Shown: piece after piece, positions 11,623-20,865 of the stretch
Layout: every line of letters starts with the position of its first letter
Numbering within the stretch: position 1 is the stretch's first letter
Source: Hyphomonadaceae bacterium
GTDB taxonomy: Bacteria; Pseudomonadota; Alphaproteobacteria; Caulobacterales; Aquidulcibacteraceae
Assembly (NCBI GenBank): GCA_050184605.1
Contig: JBFXAE010000004.1
Location: forward strand, 217,723 to 281,722
Length of the DNA stretch: 64,000 nt
Direction: 5' to 3'
Notes under the pieces: model-generated
What the model saw: the letters and a program-made list of their open reading frames with translations, nothing else
Told to the model about the DNA's origin: nothing
Databases searched by the model: none
Translations under genes and position numbers: made by a program

Positions 11623-11712
11623 TCAAAGATGACTGGCGATGTAGGCGTAGACACCGGCCGCCACCGCCAGCGCTAGTAGCAGACCAAAGAACGGGAAGAT
11701 GAGGGCGCGCAT
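11623..11712 (-). CDS. 29-aa hydrophobic mini-protein (single TM)
   Basis: MRALIFPFFGLLLALAVAAGVYAYIASHL. It ends 8 nt before the hairpin. The SD is weak and I recognise no family. Confidence 0.35.
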   Translation of the reverse strand: MRALIFPFFGLLLALAVAAGVYAYIASHL

Positions 11713-11813
11713 CGTTTTCCGGTCCATGCATCCGGTCTTGAAGCGGATTCCTGTCCAAACTTCCATCCCGCGAGTTCTTGAAATGTTCCTATCTTAGGAC
11801 TACAGTCCCATGC

Positions 11814-12887
11814 ATGAAATCAGATCCCCTGCATGGCCGGGGCGCTCGCACGAACGCGAGTGGCCGCTACGAGCGCTTTGCCCGCGAAGCCTTCGATGAC
11901 GGCTGGGTTGGGGAGGATGGCGCCAAGGCGTTGGAGACGATCGTCACGCCGGAGCTGGCCAAGAGCATCATCTCCACCAATCAAAGCCCCGACATTTCCT
12001 TCGATCAGTCGATCAATCCGTACCGGGGCTGCGAGCACGGCTGCATCTATTGTTACGCGCGCCCGAACCACGCTTATGTGGGCTTGTCGCCCGGGCTCGA
12101 TTTCGAAACCAAGCTGTTCGTGAAGGCCAATGCGGTCGAGCTGCTTGAGCGCGAGTTCGCGAAGCCAAGCTACAAGCCGAAAACGATTATGCTCGGCGGC
12201 GTTACGGACATCTATCAGCCGATCGAACGCGGCTACGGCATTACGCGTGGTCTTCTCGAAGCGATGGAGCGTTGGCGCCATCCAGTCGCGTTGATCACCA
12301 AGTCGCAATTGGTCATTCGCGACATTGATGTGCTGGCGCGATTGGCGGAGCGCGGGCTGGCGAAGGCCGCGATCTCCGTGACATCGTTGGAACGGCGCAT
12401 CGCGCGCGTGATGGAGCCCCGCGCAGCCGCCCCACACCGCCGCATTGAAGCGATCCGCATGCTTGCCGACGCCGGCGTGCCCGTGACCGTGATGGTCGCG
12501 CCGATTGTGCCTGCCATCAATGACAGCGAGATCGAGGCCATACTCGAAGAATGCTCCAAGGCGGGCGCCAGCGCTGCGGGCTATGTGGTGTTGAGGCTGC
12601 CGCTGGAGATCAAGGATCTCTTCCGCGAATGGCTGCACACACACTTCCCGGATCGCGCGACGCGGGTCATGACGCTGGTGCGTCAGATGCGGAGCGGGCG
12701 CGACTACGATCCTGAGTGGGGCAAGCGTCAAAAGGGCGAGGGCCCTTATGCAAGGCTCATAGCCGATCGCTTCGCCTCGGCGTGCCGCCGGCTCGGCTTG
12801 GACAAGCCTAGGTTGCCGCTCGATCACACCCAATTCCGCCGCCCTTTGGAACTCGACGGTCAGCGGGATCTGTTCGCCTCGGAGTAG
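11814..12887 (+). CDS. PA0069-family radical SAM protein
   Basis: CEHGCIYCYA matches the CxxxCxxC cluster motif. The N-terminal GRGARTNASGRYERF is typical of this family. Trimmed from the TTG at 11778 to the ATG at 11814. Confidence 0.85.
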   Translation: MKSDPLHGRGARTNASGRYERFAREAFDDGWVGEDGAKALETIVTPELAKSIISTNQSPDISFDQSINPYRGCEHGCIYCYARPNHAYVGLSPGLDFETKLFVKANAVELLEREFAKPSYKPKTIMLGGVTDIYQPIERGYGITRGLLEAMERWRHPVALITKSQLVIRDIDVLARLAERGLAKAAISVTSLERRIARVMEPRAAAPHRRIEAIRMLADAGVPVTVMVAPIVPAINDSEIEAILEECSKAGASAAGYVVLRLPLEIKDLFREWLHTHFPDRATRVMTLVRQMRSGRDYDPEWGKRQKGEGPYARLIADRFASACRRLGLDKPRLPLDHTQFRRPLELDGQRDLFASE

Positions 12888-12938
12888 CGCCGCGCCGATG
12901 TGCGGGTTAAGACCGCCGGGAGGGCAGGAGACGTACCT

Positions 12939-13841
12939 ATGCGCACAGATGGCCAACGCCGTTCCGACAATTTCGAAGATCGTGGCCGCGGCAGCGGCGG
13001 CGGCGGTGGTTTGCCCGGCGGCGTCCTGTTCGCGCTCCTGCGCCGCATTGGGCTTCGCGGCATCCTGATCGTCGGCGTCGTGCTGGCGGGCATCTGGTTC
13101 TTCGCGCCGGCAAACATCAAGCAAATGGTTTTCGGTGCTCTGTTGGGCGGCGTGCCGGGGCAAACGCAGACGAGCGGCGAAGGCAGTGTCTGCGAGACCG
13201 AGGCGCAAGCATGTGACTTCTCGCGCGCCGTTCTTGGTTCAACGGAAGACGTGTGGACCGCGCAGTTTGCCCAGGGCCGGTTGCCGAACTATGGCCGCCA
13301 GGTTGGCGCCTACCAGCATCCGACTTTGGTTGTGTTCCAAGGCGGCGTCTCGACTGAGGGCTGTGGCAACGCGAGTTCGGATGTGGGCCCATTCTACTGC
13401 CCAGGCGACCGCAAGCTCTACATTGACCCCGGCTTCTACCAAGTGATGGAAAGCCGCCTGCGCGCGCCAGGCGATTTCGCGCAAGCGTACGTCATCGCGC
13501 ACGAAGTCGGCCACCATGTGCAGAACCTGATCGGCGCGACGCAAATCCAGGTGCAGGGCGAGTCACAAAATCAGACGTCTGTGCGGGTTGAGCTGCAGGC
13601 CGATTGCTTGGCCGGCGTTTGGGGTCACACCGCCCGTGCCGATCTCGCGATTGACGAAGCCGATCTGCGCGAGGCGCTGAACGCCGCGCACGCGATTGGC
13701 GACGATGCGCTTGGGCATCAAAACGAAAGCCAATTCACGCACGGTTCCAGCGCTCAGCGTATGAATTGGTTCCGCCGCGGCTTCAACAGCGGCGACGCGC
13801 GCCAGTGCGACACGTTCAATGTGCCGGCCAATCAGCTTTAG
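12939..13841 (+). CDS. Neutral zinc metallopeptidase (YpfJ-like), membrane-anchored
   Basis: HEVGHH matches the HExxH motif. Gly-rich N-terminus plus a TM helix. SD AGGAGA precedes the ATG at 12939. Confidence 0.85.
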   Translation: MRTDGQRRSDNFEDRGRGSGGGGGLPGGVLFALLRRIGLRGILIVGVVLAGIWFFAPANIKQMVFGALLGGVPGQTQTSGEGSVCETEAQACDFSRAVLGSTEDVWTAQFAQGRLPNYGRQVGAYQHPTLVVFQGGVSTEGCGNASSDVGPFYCPGDRKLYIDPGFYQVMESRLRAPGDFAQAYVIAHEVGHHVQNLIGATQIQVQGESQNQTSVRVELQADCLAGVWGHTARADLAIDEADLREALNAAHAIGDDALGHQNESQFTHGSSAQRMNWFRRGFNSGDARQCDTFNVPANQL

Positions 13842-13874
13842 CAAGGTGTCAGGTATCAGGTGTCTGGAGTCAGG
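13841..13874. repeat. Left arm of the inverted repeat bracketing the four-helix-bundle gene
   Basis: gcaaggtgtcaggtatcaggtgtctggagtcagg, built from GGTGTCA-like heptamers. It pairs with 14250-14280. Confidence 0.75.
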
Positions 13875-14250
13875 ATGCGTTTAGCTTCGAGATGAGGCCA
13901 TTCAGCATCCTGGCGATCTCGCGAAACTGCTCATGGAGTTGGGCGTACTGATCGTCACCGAGATATCCAAGATCTTTGGCGAACCTGCACCAAAGTGCCG
14001 ATTCATCAGCGCTTCCCAAAGCGATCAACGCGAAGCGCCTGAAATCAGCGCTTGAGCCCTGTTGCCGCGCTCGGCCCTCAGCCAGATTCGCACAGATTGA
14101 CTTGCTTGATCTGCGCAGTTGGCTCGCGAGTTCATATTGCTCATGCTTCGGAAATGTTTGCGCTATGCGATGAGCCTCAAGCGCTGCGGCATATGCCTTC
14201 TGGAAAACGACCATGTCCCACACCGAAGGCGATCCGCGTGTCTCGCTCAT
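13870..14250 (-). CDS. Four-helix-bundle protein (23S rRNA intervening-sequence protein family)
   Basis: FQKAYAAALEAHRIAQTFPKHEQYELASQLRRSSKSICANLAEG is the hallmark of the TIGR02436 family. Trimmed to the ATG at 14250. Confidence 0.85.
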   Translation of the reverse strand: MSETRGSPSVWDMVVFQKAYAAALEAHRIAQTFPKHEQYELASQLRRSSKSICANLAEGRARQQGSSADFRRFALIALGSADESALWCRFAKDLGYLGDDQYAQLHEQFREIARMLNGLISKLNAS

Positions 14251-14280
14251 GACACCTGACACCCGAAACCTGACACCTGC
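14250..14280. repeat. Right arm of the inverted repeat bracketing the four-helix-bundle gene
   Basis: tgacacctgacacccgaaacctgacacctgc. Its reverse complement aligns to 13841-13874 with 4 mismatches and 1 gap over ~30 bp. Confidence 0.75.
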
Positions 14281-15171
14281 TTACGGCTCCCAGTCGGCCG
14301 CCTGATCGATCAGGAATTGGCGGAACGCGGCGATGCGCTTGGAGCGCTTCAGGTCGCTCGGGTAGATGAAATAGACCTCGAAGCTCGGGCCCTGCAGGTT
14401 TGGCAGCACCTTCACGAGGTTCGGGTTTTCGCGCGCCATATAGTCCGGGGCGCTGCCAATGCCGAAGCCGGATTCGACCGCGCGCAGCATGCCGTAGACG
14501 TTGTTGATCTCGAGCAGCGGCGGGCGCGGCTTTGCATCTTCGCGGCCGGCGCGTTGCGCCCAATCGAGTTCGCGCATCGGCGTCGGCACGCCAGCCTGGT
14601 AGGCGATGATGCGGTGATTATCGAGATCCTCGACGTTCTTCGGCGTTCCATGCTTCTGCAGATACGAAGCCGAGGCGTAGAGGCTGACGCGCACTTCGAG
14701 CAGCTTGCGCTGAATGAGATCGGCGTGCGTCGCCGCCCACAAGCGGATCGCGCATTCGGCTTCGAGCTTCAGCAGATCGTACTCGCGGTCGTCGAGCAAG
14801 ATTTGCAGACGCGTCTCTGGATAGGTGTCGGCGAACGCGCCAAGGCGCGGCGCAAGCCACGTCGAGCCGAATGCGACTGGCGCCGTCACTTTGAGGTCGC
14901 CGATGACCTTTTCGCGCGCATCCTTCAGCGTCGATTCCGCGATCACGGCGGCGCCGGCCATTTCGCGCGTGAACTCGCGCAGCGCCATGCCCGGCCCGGT
15001 GAGCAGGAGCCCCCGCGCGTGACGCTGGAACAGCGGCACGCCCATGTCGCTTTCCAGCGCCGCGATCTGGCGGCTCACCGAGGATTGGCTGACGCCGAGC
15101 TTCTCAGCGGCTGCCGTCAGGCTGCCGGTCTCGGCGGCAAAGTGAAACGTTTTGAGCTTGTCCCAATCCAT
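14281..15171 (-). CDS. LysR-family transcriptional regulator
   Basis: Trimmed to MDWDKLKTFHFAAETGSLTAAAEKLGVSQSSVSRQIAALE (LysR HTH). Divergent from the MscS-family gene. Confidence 0.9.
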   Translation of the reverse strand: MDWDKLKTFHFAAETGSLTAAAEKLGVSQSSVSRQIAALESDMGVPLFQRHARGLLLTGPGMALREFTREMAGAAVIAESTLKDAREKVIGDLKVTAPVAFGSTWLAPRLGAFADTYPETRLQILLDDREYDLLKLEAECAIRLWAATHADLIQRKLLEVRVSLYASASYLQKHGTPKNVEDLDNHRIIAYQAGVPTPMRELDWAQRAGREDAKPRPPLLEINNVYGMLRAVESGFGIGSAPDYMARENPNLVKVLPNLQGPSFEVYFIYPSDLKRSKRIAAFRQFLIDQAADWEP

Positions 15172-15277
15172 GTGACGCCCGCCCTGAGGCGCCCCATGGC
15201 GGCCTCGTCCGATGCAATATTGCATAGCTCGACACGGGGGTCGATAGATGAGGCTCTGAATTCCGAGGATTCGCCCC

Positions 15278-16303
15278 ATGTTCGATGGCCTAGCCGATTT
15301 TTCCCACGTCACGCTCTTCAGGCTTGGCGCCTCGCCGGTGACGGTGGGCGGCGTCGCCGGTGCGGCGTTCGTGGTGTTGGCCTTCATTGTCGCGTCCGTG
15401 CTGATCGGCACAGCGCTGAAGCGTCTCCGGATGCGCACCGAGCCGGGCAATGCCGCGCTCTATATTGCCGAGAAAGTGCTGGGCTACGGGTTGGTGCTCG
15501 TTGGCCTGATAGCTGGGCTTTCGACGCTTGGCCTCGATCTCACATCGATCGCGGTTTTCGCGGGCGGTCTCGGCATCGGCATCGGGCTCGGACTTCAGGG
15601 CATCATCAAGGAGTTCGTCTCGGGGCTTACGCTGGTCTTCGATCGCGCTGTTCAGATCGGCGATTACGTCGAGATGCACGATGGCACACGCGGGGTTGTG
15701 CAGGAGATCGGGCCGCGCGCGACGCGCGTGCGCAATAACGACAATGTCTACCTGCTCATTCCCAACTCAAAACTCATTGAGAACACGATGATCAACTGGA
15801 CGCGGCGTGGGGAGACGCGGCGTATCCATGTGCCCTTTCAAGTTGCGATCGGCGCTGACAAGGAGAAGGTTCGCGAGTGCGTTCTCGCCGCGGCGCGCGA
15901 TGTACCCTTCACGCTGCCGGACACGGAGCAGCATCGCACGCAGGTCTGGCTCGTGGGCTACGGCGACAGCGCTCTGAAGTTCGAACTGATTGTCTGGCCC
16001 ACGCTCGAAGCGGTGAAGCGTCCGAAAGCGATGAACGCCGCCTATACCTGGGCGATCGATGATGCGCTGCGCAGCGCCGGCATCGAGATTCCATATCCCC
16101 AGCGTGACATCCGCTTGCGCGCGTTCTTTGGCGAGGAGGGCGACGAAGCGCTCGCCGCCCTCAATATGCGCCCCGCGGCGCACGTCCCGCCGCCGCCGCA
16201 AACTCACACCGTGAACGATGCCGCCGACGACTTGCTGCGCCCCGATCAGCCGGATGAGCCGGAGAACCCGCCCGCGTCTTCGCCAGATCAGCGCCGCGCC
16301 TAA
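15278..16303 (+). CDS. Mechanosensitive ion channel (MscS family)
   Basis: Three N-terminal TM helices followed by the MscS beta-domain pattern (IGDYVEM..GVVQEIGPRATRVRNNDN). Confidence 0.85.
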   Translation: MFDGLADFSHVTLFRLGASPVTVGGVAGAAFVVLAFIVASVLIGTALKRLRMRTEPGNAALYIAEKVLGYGLVLVGLIAGLSTLGLDLTSIAVFAGGLGIGIGLGLQGIIKEFVSGLTLVFDRAVQIGDYVEMHDGTRGVVQEIGPRATRVRNNDNVYLLIPNSKLIENTMINWTRRGETRRIHVPFQVAIGADKEKVRECVLAAARDVPFTLPDTEQHRTQVWLVGYGDSALKFELIVWPTLEAVKRPKAMNAAYTWAIDDALRSAGIEIPYPQRDIRLRAFFGEEGDEALAALNMRPAAHVPPPPQTHTVNDAADDLLRPDQPDEPENPPASSPDQRRA

Positions 16304-17736
16304 GCGCCGCGCCAGGTTCCGTGGAAGCCGAGGGGCGCGGCGTAGCGGCTGCGCCACGTCGCCACCGGGCCATCGCTTACTCGGGCTGCGTCGAAAACAT
16401 GCAGCTCGGTCGCGCGCTCTTCCGCGTTGAGCGTCACACCCACAAGCCACGCGTCGCGCTCGGCGCTGGCGCCGGGCTTCGGCACGAAGAGGTGCTCTTG
16501 CACCATCTGGCCCGCGCCGAACGTGTAGCTTTCGCTTACGCCACTGCGCCAGTTCATGAGGCCGAGAGTTGAAACCTCGCGATCATTGGCGATGACGACG
16601 AGATCGCGTGCGAGGCCCTGGCGGCGGCGATCGGTTTGAGGGAATTCGCCGAACTGGCCGCTACGCTGCAGCTCGGCGCGGCCGTCTGCGTGGAGCACCG
16701 CGAGCACAAGTTCAGCTGAGGGCGTCTCGCCGCTGTCCGACTGGATCATGCTGCGCGCTTGCTCGGTGACGAAGTGCGCGTTGGCCGAGGCGCAGAGATC
16801 GAAGCGGATCGTGCCGTCGCTGTCTTCCCAGGCGTCGCCGGTATGGAAGTAGAACATGGCCGGCAGTTCGTAGGTGCGCCGGTTGGCGTAATCGTTCTTG
16901 TCCAGCACCAGGATGCGGAACGGCCGATCACCGTGCCATGTGTACCCATCGACCATCGGCGCGGTCATGTGGTCGTGCACCCATGGCTGTAACGGGATGA
17001 TGAGATAGCGCTCGGTCACCGCCCAATCGTGCAGATACGAGGCTTGGCCGATGTCGATGACTTGGGCGTCTTCAAGCGTTCCGTCGGCGGAGAGACGCCA
17101 GATGATTACGCGTGGCCCGTAGGCGCCGATGTTCCAGATGCGCCCGTTCGGTTCGACCTTGGGGTGGGCCGTGAACGGCATGGCGGCGAGATCCGGGCGG
17201 AAGGGACGGATGCCAATGGTCTCCAGCGTGTCGGGGTTCATGCGGGTGGGCGAGCCGCCCTCCCACAGGGCCCAAAGTTCGCCGCCAGCCATCATCACTG
17301 AGGTGTTGGCGGCGTTGATGTCGTCGGGCGACTCCACCGGCGCGCGCGGCTGACCGCGGGTGCCGAAGCCGGGAAAGATGATCTCTTGGCGCTGCATCTC
17401 GACGCGGCGCTTCAGGGTGTCAGCGAACTTGCCGCTGTGGCGCACGCGGCCATCCTCGATGGCGAAGCGCTGAACGAAGCCATCGCCGTCGAACCAGTGG
17501 CCTGTTGAACTGGAGGGATAGCGGAACCAGCCCGGGCCGTTGCGGTAGAGCGAGCCTGCGAGGCCCCGCGGCGCGCGGCCTTGGACGAGGCGCATTGCGG
17601 CCGGCGCGTAGCCTTCGGCCGGGGCGTTCTCGACGCCGAGGCCCCACGGATTCTCGCTGGCGAGAGCGGCGGGGGCGGCGGCGAGGGCCCCTACGGCCGC
17701 CGCGCCAGCAAGGAGTTTACGGCGAGAGGCGATCAT
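16300..17736 (-). CDS. Carotenoid oxygenase family protein (CCD/RPE65-type) with Tat signal
   Basis: Twin-arginine leader MIASRRKLLAGAAAVGALAAAPAALA. Family motifs FDGDGFVQRF, AHPKVEP, HDWAVTERYLII and FHTGDAWED. Confidence 0.85.
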   Translation of the reverse strand: MIASRRKLLAGAAAVGALAAAPAALASENPWGLGVENAPAEGYAPAAMRLVQGRAPRGLAGSLYRNGPGWFRYPSSSTGHWFDGDGFVQRFAIEDGRVRHSGKFADTLKRRVEMQRQEIIFPGFGTRGQPRAPVESPDDINAANTSVMMAGGELWALWEGGSPTRMNPDTLETIGIRPFRPDLAAMPFTAHPKVEPNGRIWNIGAYGPRVIIWRLSADGTLEDAQVIDIGQASYLHDWAVTERYLIIPLQPWVHDHMTAPMVDGYTWHGDRPFRILVLDKNDYANRRTYELPAMFYFHTGDAWEDSDGTIRFDLCASANAHFVTEQARSMIQSDSGETPSAELVLAVLHADGRAELQRSGQFGEFPQTDRRRQGLARDLVVIANDREVSTLGLMNWRSGVSESYTFGAGQMVQEHLFVPKPGASAERDAWLVGVTLNAEERATELHVFDAARVSDGPVATWRSRYAAPLGFHGTWRGA

Positions 17737-18173
17737 TGCGCGCCTCCGACAGCGATCTGGTGGACGTTCTCGCCGGGGTTGAGCGTGAACACCGCTTGTT
17801 GCCAGCTGGCCGGGCCGAAGCTGCCGCGGGCATTGTTGGAGAAGGCGAAGGGCTCGGTTGGGATGCCGAACGGGTTGGTATCGAGTTCGCCGTTGCCGTT
17901 CAGGTCATGGAACAGGCGCACGGCGTATTGGCCGGTGGGCACATCGTTGAATTCGACGCTGGCCGTTGGGCCGGTGATCGGAATCTGGCGACCGGCGATG
18001 CCGTTGCCGGCGCGGTAGCTTTCCTCGGAATTGAACACCTGCAACAGCACTTGGCCCTGAGGCTGGAGTCCGGTCAGCTCGATCCGCACGGAGGCGGTGT
18101 CGGCGCGGGCTGGCGTTGCGGCGGCGGCGGCGCCAATGACGGCGAAGGCGAGCAGGGCGGTACGAAGCAGCAT
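17733..18173 (-). CDS. DUF2141-domain exported protein
   Basis: Sec signal peptide. GQYAVRLFHDLNGNGELDTNPFGIPTEPFAFSNN is the DUF2141 signature. Its stop overlaps the start of the downstream oxygenase gene by 4 bp. Confidence 0.7.
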   Translation of the reverse strand: MLLRTALLAFAVIGAAAAATPARADTASVRIELTGLQPQGQVLLQVFNSEESYRAGNGIAGRQIPITGPTASVEFNDVPTGQYAVRLFHDLNGNGELDTNPFGIPTEPFAFSNNARGSFGPASWQQAVFTLNPGENVHQIAVGGAQ

Positions 18174-18340
18174 TTTGGTTCTCCGGTCCGGCGGGTTTGC
18201 CGTTGACCGGAGTTCGCCATCGCCGCCCGACCGAAGCGAGCCGGTCTGCGTGAATGCGCTGTTTCAGTACGCGAGCTGCGGGGTCAGCCGTTCGCGTATC
18301 GCGAGTTGCGCCCCGGATTTTATTGGCGTTTCGCCGGTTG

Positions 18341-19330
18341 CTAAGCGGCTGCGCCGGCCTTGGCGCCGCGCGCGCGGTCGAGTTCCAGAGCGGCCAGATA
18401 GCGCTCAGCTTCGAGCGCCGCCATGCAGCCTAGGCCTGCCGCCGTGACCGCCTGGCGATAAGTGTCGTCGGCGACATCGCCGGCGGCGTAGACGCCAGGG
18501 ATGTTCGTTTCGGTCGTGCCTGGTTTGACGATGATGTAGCCGCTGTCCTTCATCGCCACTTGGCCTTTGAAAAGTTCCGTCGCCGGGGCGTGACCGATGG
18601 CGATGAACACGCCGTCGAGCTTGCGCTCTTCGCGAGCGCCGGTTTTCAAGTTTTTGATCACGATGCCGGTGACGCCCTTGGGGTCTTCCGTGCCCTCGAT
18701 TTCCTCAAGCGCCGAGTCCCAGACAACCTCGATCTGCGGGTGATTGAACAAGCGCTCCTGAAGCACCTTCTCGGCCTTCAGCGAGTCGCGGCGGTGGATG
18801 AGCGTGACCTTGCTGGCCAGGTGGGCGAGATAGAGCGCTTCTTCGACCGCGCTGTTGCCGCCGCCGATCACAGCGACTTCTTTGCCGCGATAGAAGAAGC
18901 CGTCGCAGGTGGCGCAAGCCGAAACGCCGAAGCCTTGGAACTTTTGCTCGCTGTCGAGGCCCAGCCACTTGGCTTGAGCGCCAGTGGCGATGATCACGGC
19001 GTCGGCCAGATAGACCTGTCCGCTATCGCCGGTGAGCTTGAACGGCCGCTGATCCAGTTCGGCCTTCACAATGATGTCTTCGACAATCTCAGTCCCGACA
19101 TGCTTGGCCTGGGCGCGCATCTGTTCCATCAGCCAGGGGCCTTGGATGGTGTCGGCGAAGCCTGGATAGTTCTCGACGTCGGTCGTGATCGTCAGTTGGC
19201 CGCCCGGTTGCAGACCCGCAATGAGCATCGGCTTGCGTAGGGCGCGGGCCGCATAGATGGCGGCGGTGTAACCCGCCGGGCCGGAGCCGATGATGATGAT
19301 GGGGGCGTGACGGGCGGCGTTCGAGGTCAT
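18341..19330 (-). CDS. trxB: Thioredoxin-disulfide reductase
   Basis: Trimmed to MTSNAARHAPIIIIGSGPAGYTAA. Redox-active CATCDG and GGGNSAVEEA NADPH motifs. Confidence 0.93.
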   Translation of the reverse strand: MTSNAARHAPIIIIGSGPAGYTAAIYAARALRKPMLIAGLQPGGQLTITTDVENYPGFADTIQGPWLMEQMRAQAKHVGTEIVEDIIVKAELDQRPFKLTGDSGQVYLADAVIIATGAQAKWLGLDSEQKFQGFGVSACATCDGFFYRGKEVAVIGGGNSAVEEALYLAHLASKVTLIHRRDSLKAEKVLQERLFNHPQIEVVWDSALEEIEGTEDPKGVTGIVIKNLKTGAREERKLDGVFIAIGHAPATELFKGQVAMKDSGYIIVKPGTTETNIPGVYAAGDVADDTYRQAVTAAGLGCMAALEAERYLAALELDRARGAKAGAAA

Positions 19331-19487
19331 TCTGCGCTCTTGCTGGGATTCGTGTGCTGCCAATATGGCGTCGCCGCCACCACTCTGAAAGCCGCGGATT
19401 TGCAGGTGAGGCTGCGAATTGCGCCCGGATTTTCCACAGCTATTCTGGGGCCGGGGATAAGTCACACTTAGGCGGGCGAACGGGAAC

Positions 19488-19844
19488 TTGCCGAAGATTT
19501 TGGTTGTGGAAGATGACGCGCTGATCGCCATGGAATTGTGCGAGCGGCTGACGGACATGGGCTACGAGGTCATGGGCCCCGCGCACTCGATCCCCGAGGC
19601 GGAAACGCTGCTTGCCCGCGAAACGCCGGACGGCGCACTGCTAGACGCGACGCTCGCGGGCGGCGTTTCAAGCCTGCCCCTCGGCATGATCTTGCATGGG
19701 AAAGGCGTGCGCATCGCGTTCTGCACCGGCTACGACAAGGTGAAGGGGGCGCCGCCGGAGCTGGCGCAGGCGCCGGTGCTGACCAAGCCCGTCAGCGACG
19801 CCGACATCAAGACCTGTCTCGATAACCTACTCGCGAAAGGCTAG
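19488..19844 (+). CDS. Single-domain response regulator (receiver only)
   Basis: LVVEDDALIA, LLDATL (acceptor Asp) and TKP receiver motifs. TTG start. Confidence 0.75.
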   Translation: MPKILVVEDDALIAMELCERLTDMGYEVMGPAHSIPEAETLLARETPDGALLDATLAGGVSSLPLGMILHGKGVRIAFCTGYDKVKGAPPELAQAPVLTKPVSDADIKTCLDNLLAKG

Positions 19845-20842
19845 CGTTTGCGCGCGGCCCAGGCGGTGAGCACTGTTGCTGCTGCGCGATCTGTTTCCAG
19901 CAGCGGCGGGTAGGACCAGGTCTCGAGCTTGCCGTTAAACGGGCGCGCGCAGCCGCGGCGGGCGAGGCTCTGATGAAAGCGCGCGAGTTTTCCAAGTTGG
20001 CCATCGACAGCCAGGATGTGCACCGGCTTGCCGGTGGCTGATGCTTCCGTCGCCATGTTCACACTGTCGGCGGTGACGAAGATATGGTCGGCGACGCCAA
20101 GGATCGCCGGATACGGATTGGCGCCCTCGTCCTCATAGAAAACCGCGCAATGCGGCGCGAGCCAGGTACGGAATTGCAGGCGCGCGGCGTGACTGGTGCG
20201 GCGTGACAACGTCGCCATCAGGGAGCCGCCGGTTTCGCGTTGCACGGCTGCGAGTGAATCGGAAATCGCGCGCGCGCGCGCCGGCGAAATGTCCTGGCGC
20301 TTGGATTTGCCGCCAATGAGAATGGCGAAACGGGGCGACGGCAGCTCTTCGAGATTGACAGGCTTATACTCGGAAACCGCACGATCCATGCGCTCTTGGG
20401 TGATGCGGTTGCAGGCGCCGACGATCGGCAGAACGTTTTGCCCCTCAAGTCCGTCGTGCATTGGCGGAATGACGGCATCGAACTCGCGCGGGTTCATGCG
20501 CGGGTCCTGCAGCTGCACAACAAAGGTTCGGCCGTTCGACCAATCGCGTACGCCGAGCGAAAACGGAATCGAAGCACGGCCACAGCCGATGAAGATGTCC
20601 GGCCAGGGCGGCTCGATGGCGTCAGAGTCTAGTGAGGTCGCCTGGCGCGGCGCGGGCACCATGCCTGCCGGCAGCCAGCGCCACGGCGTCCGCAACCGCA
20701 CCCGTTTGGTCGTGAGTGAGATCGGCGCGCGCCGCGCGATCGCTTCGGCCAGCCCAAGAGCTTGCGCTTCGATACCGGCGCGCCCGTCCGTGACGATCCA
20801 GACGTTCAGAGGCTCTGCGGGCTGATAGCCAGCGCTGCGCAT
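19841..20842 (-). CDS. ELM1/DUF1022-family (mitochondrial-fission-ELM1-like) protein
   Basis: N-terminal VWIVTDGRAGIEAQALGLAEA and length match the alphaproteobacterial ELM1 family, judged from memory. Confidence 0.6.
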   Translation of the reverse strand: MRSAGYQPAEPLNVWIVTDGRAGIEAQALGLAEAIARRAPISLTTKRVRLRTPWRWLPAGMVPAPRQATSLDSDAIEPPWPDIFIGCGRASIPFSLGVRDWSNGRTFVVQLQDPRMNPREFDAVIPPMHDGLEGQNVLPIVGACNRITQERMDRAVSEYKPVNLEELPSPRFAILIGGKSKRQDISPARARAISDSLAAVQRETGGSLMATLSRRTSHAARLQFRTWLAPHCAVFYEDEGANPYPAILGVADHIFVTADSVNMATEASATGKPVHILAVDGQLGKLARFHQSLARRGCARPFNGKLETWSYPPLLETDRAAATVLTAWAARKR

Positions 20843-20865
20843 TCAGCCCCCAACCGCCCCGAACC

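Noticed and set aside
11820-13208. 462-aa ORF antisense to the radical SAM and metallopeptidase genes.
   Set aside because: It spans two well-supported plus-strand genes, is Arg/Ala-rich and has no recognisable motif.
14317-15738. 473-aa plus-strand ORF across the LysR gene and the MscS start.
   Set aside because: It is a shadow frame. The LysR HTH on the minus strand and the MscS TM domain in another plus frame explain the region.
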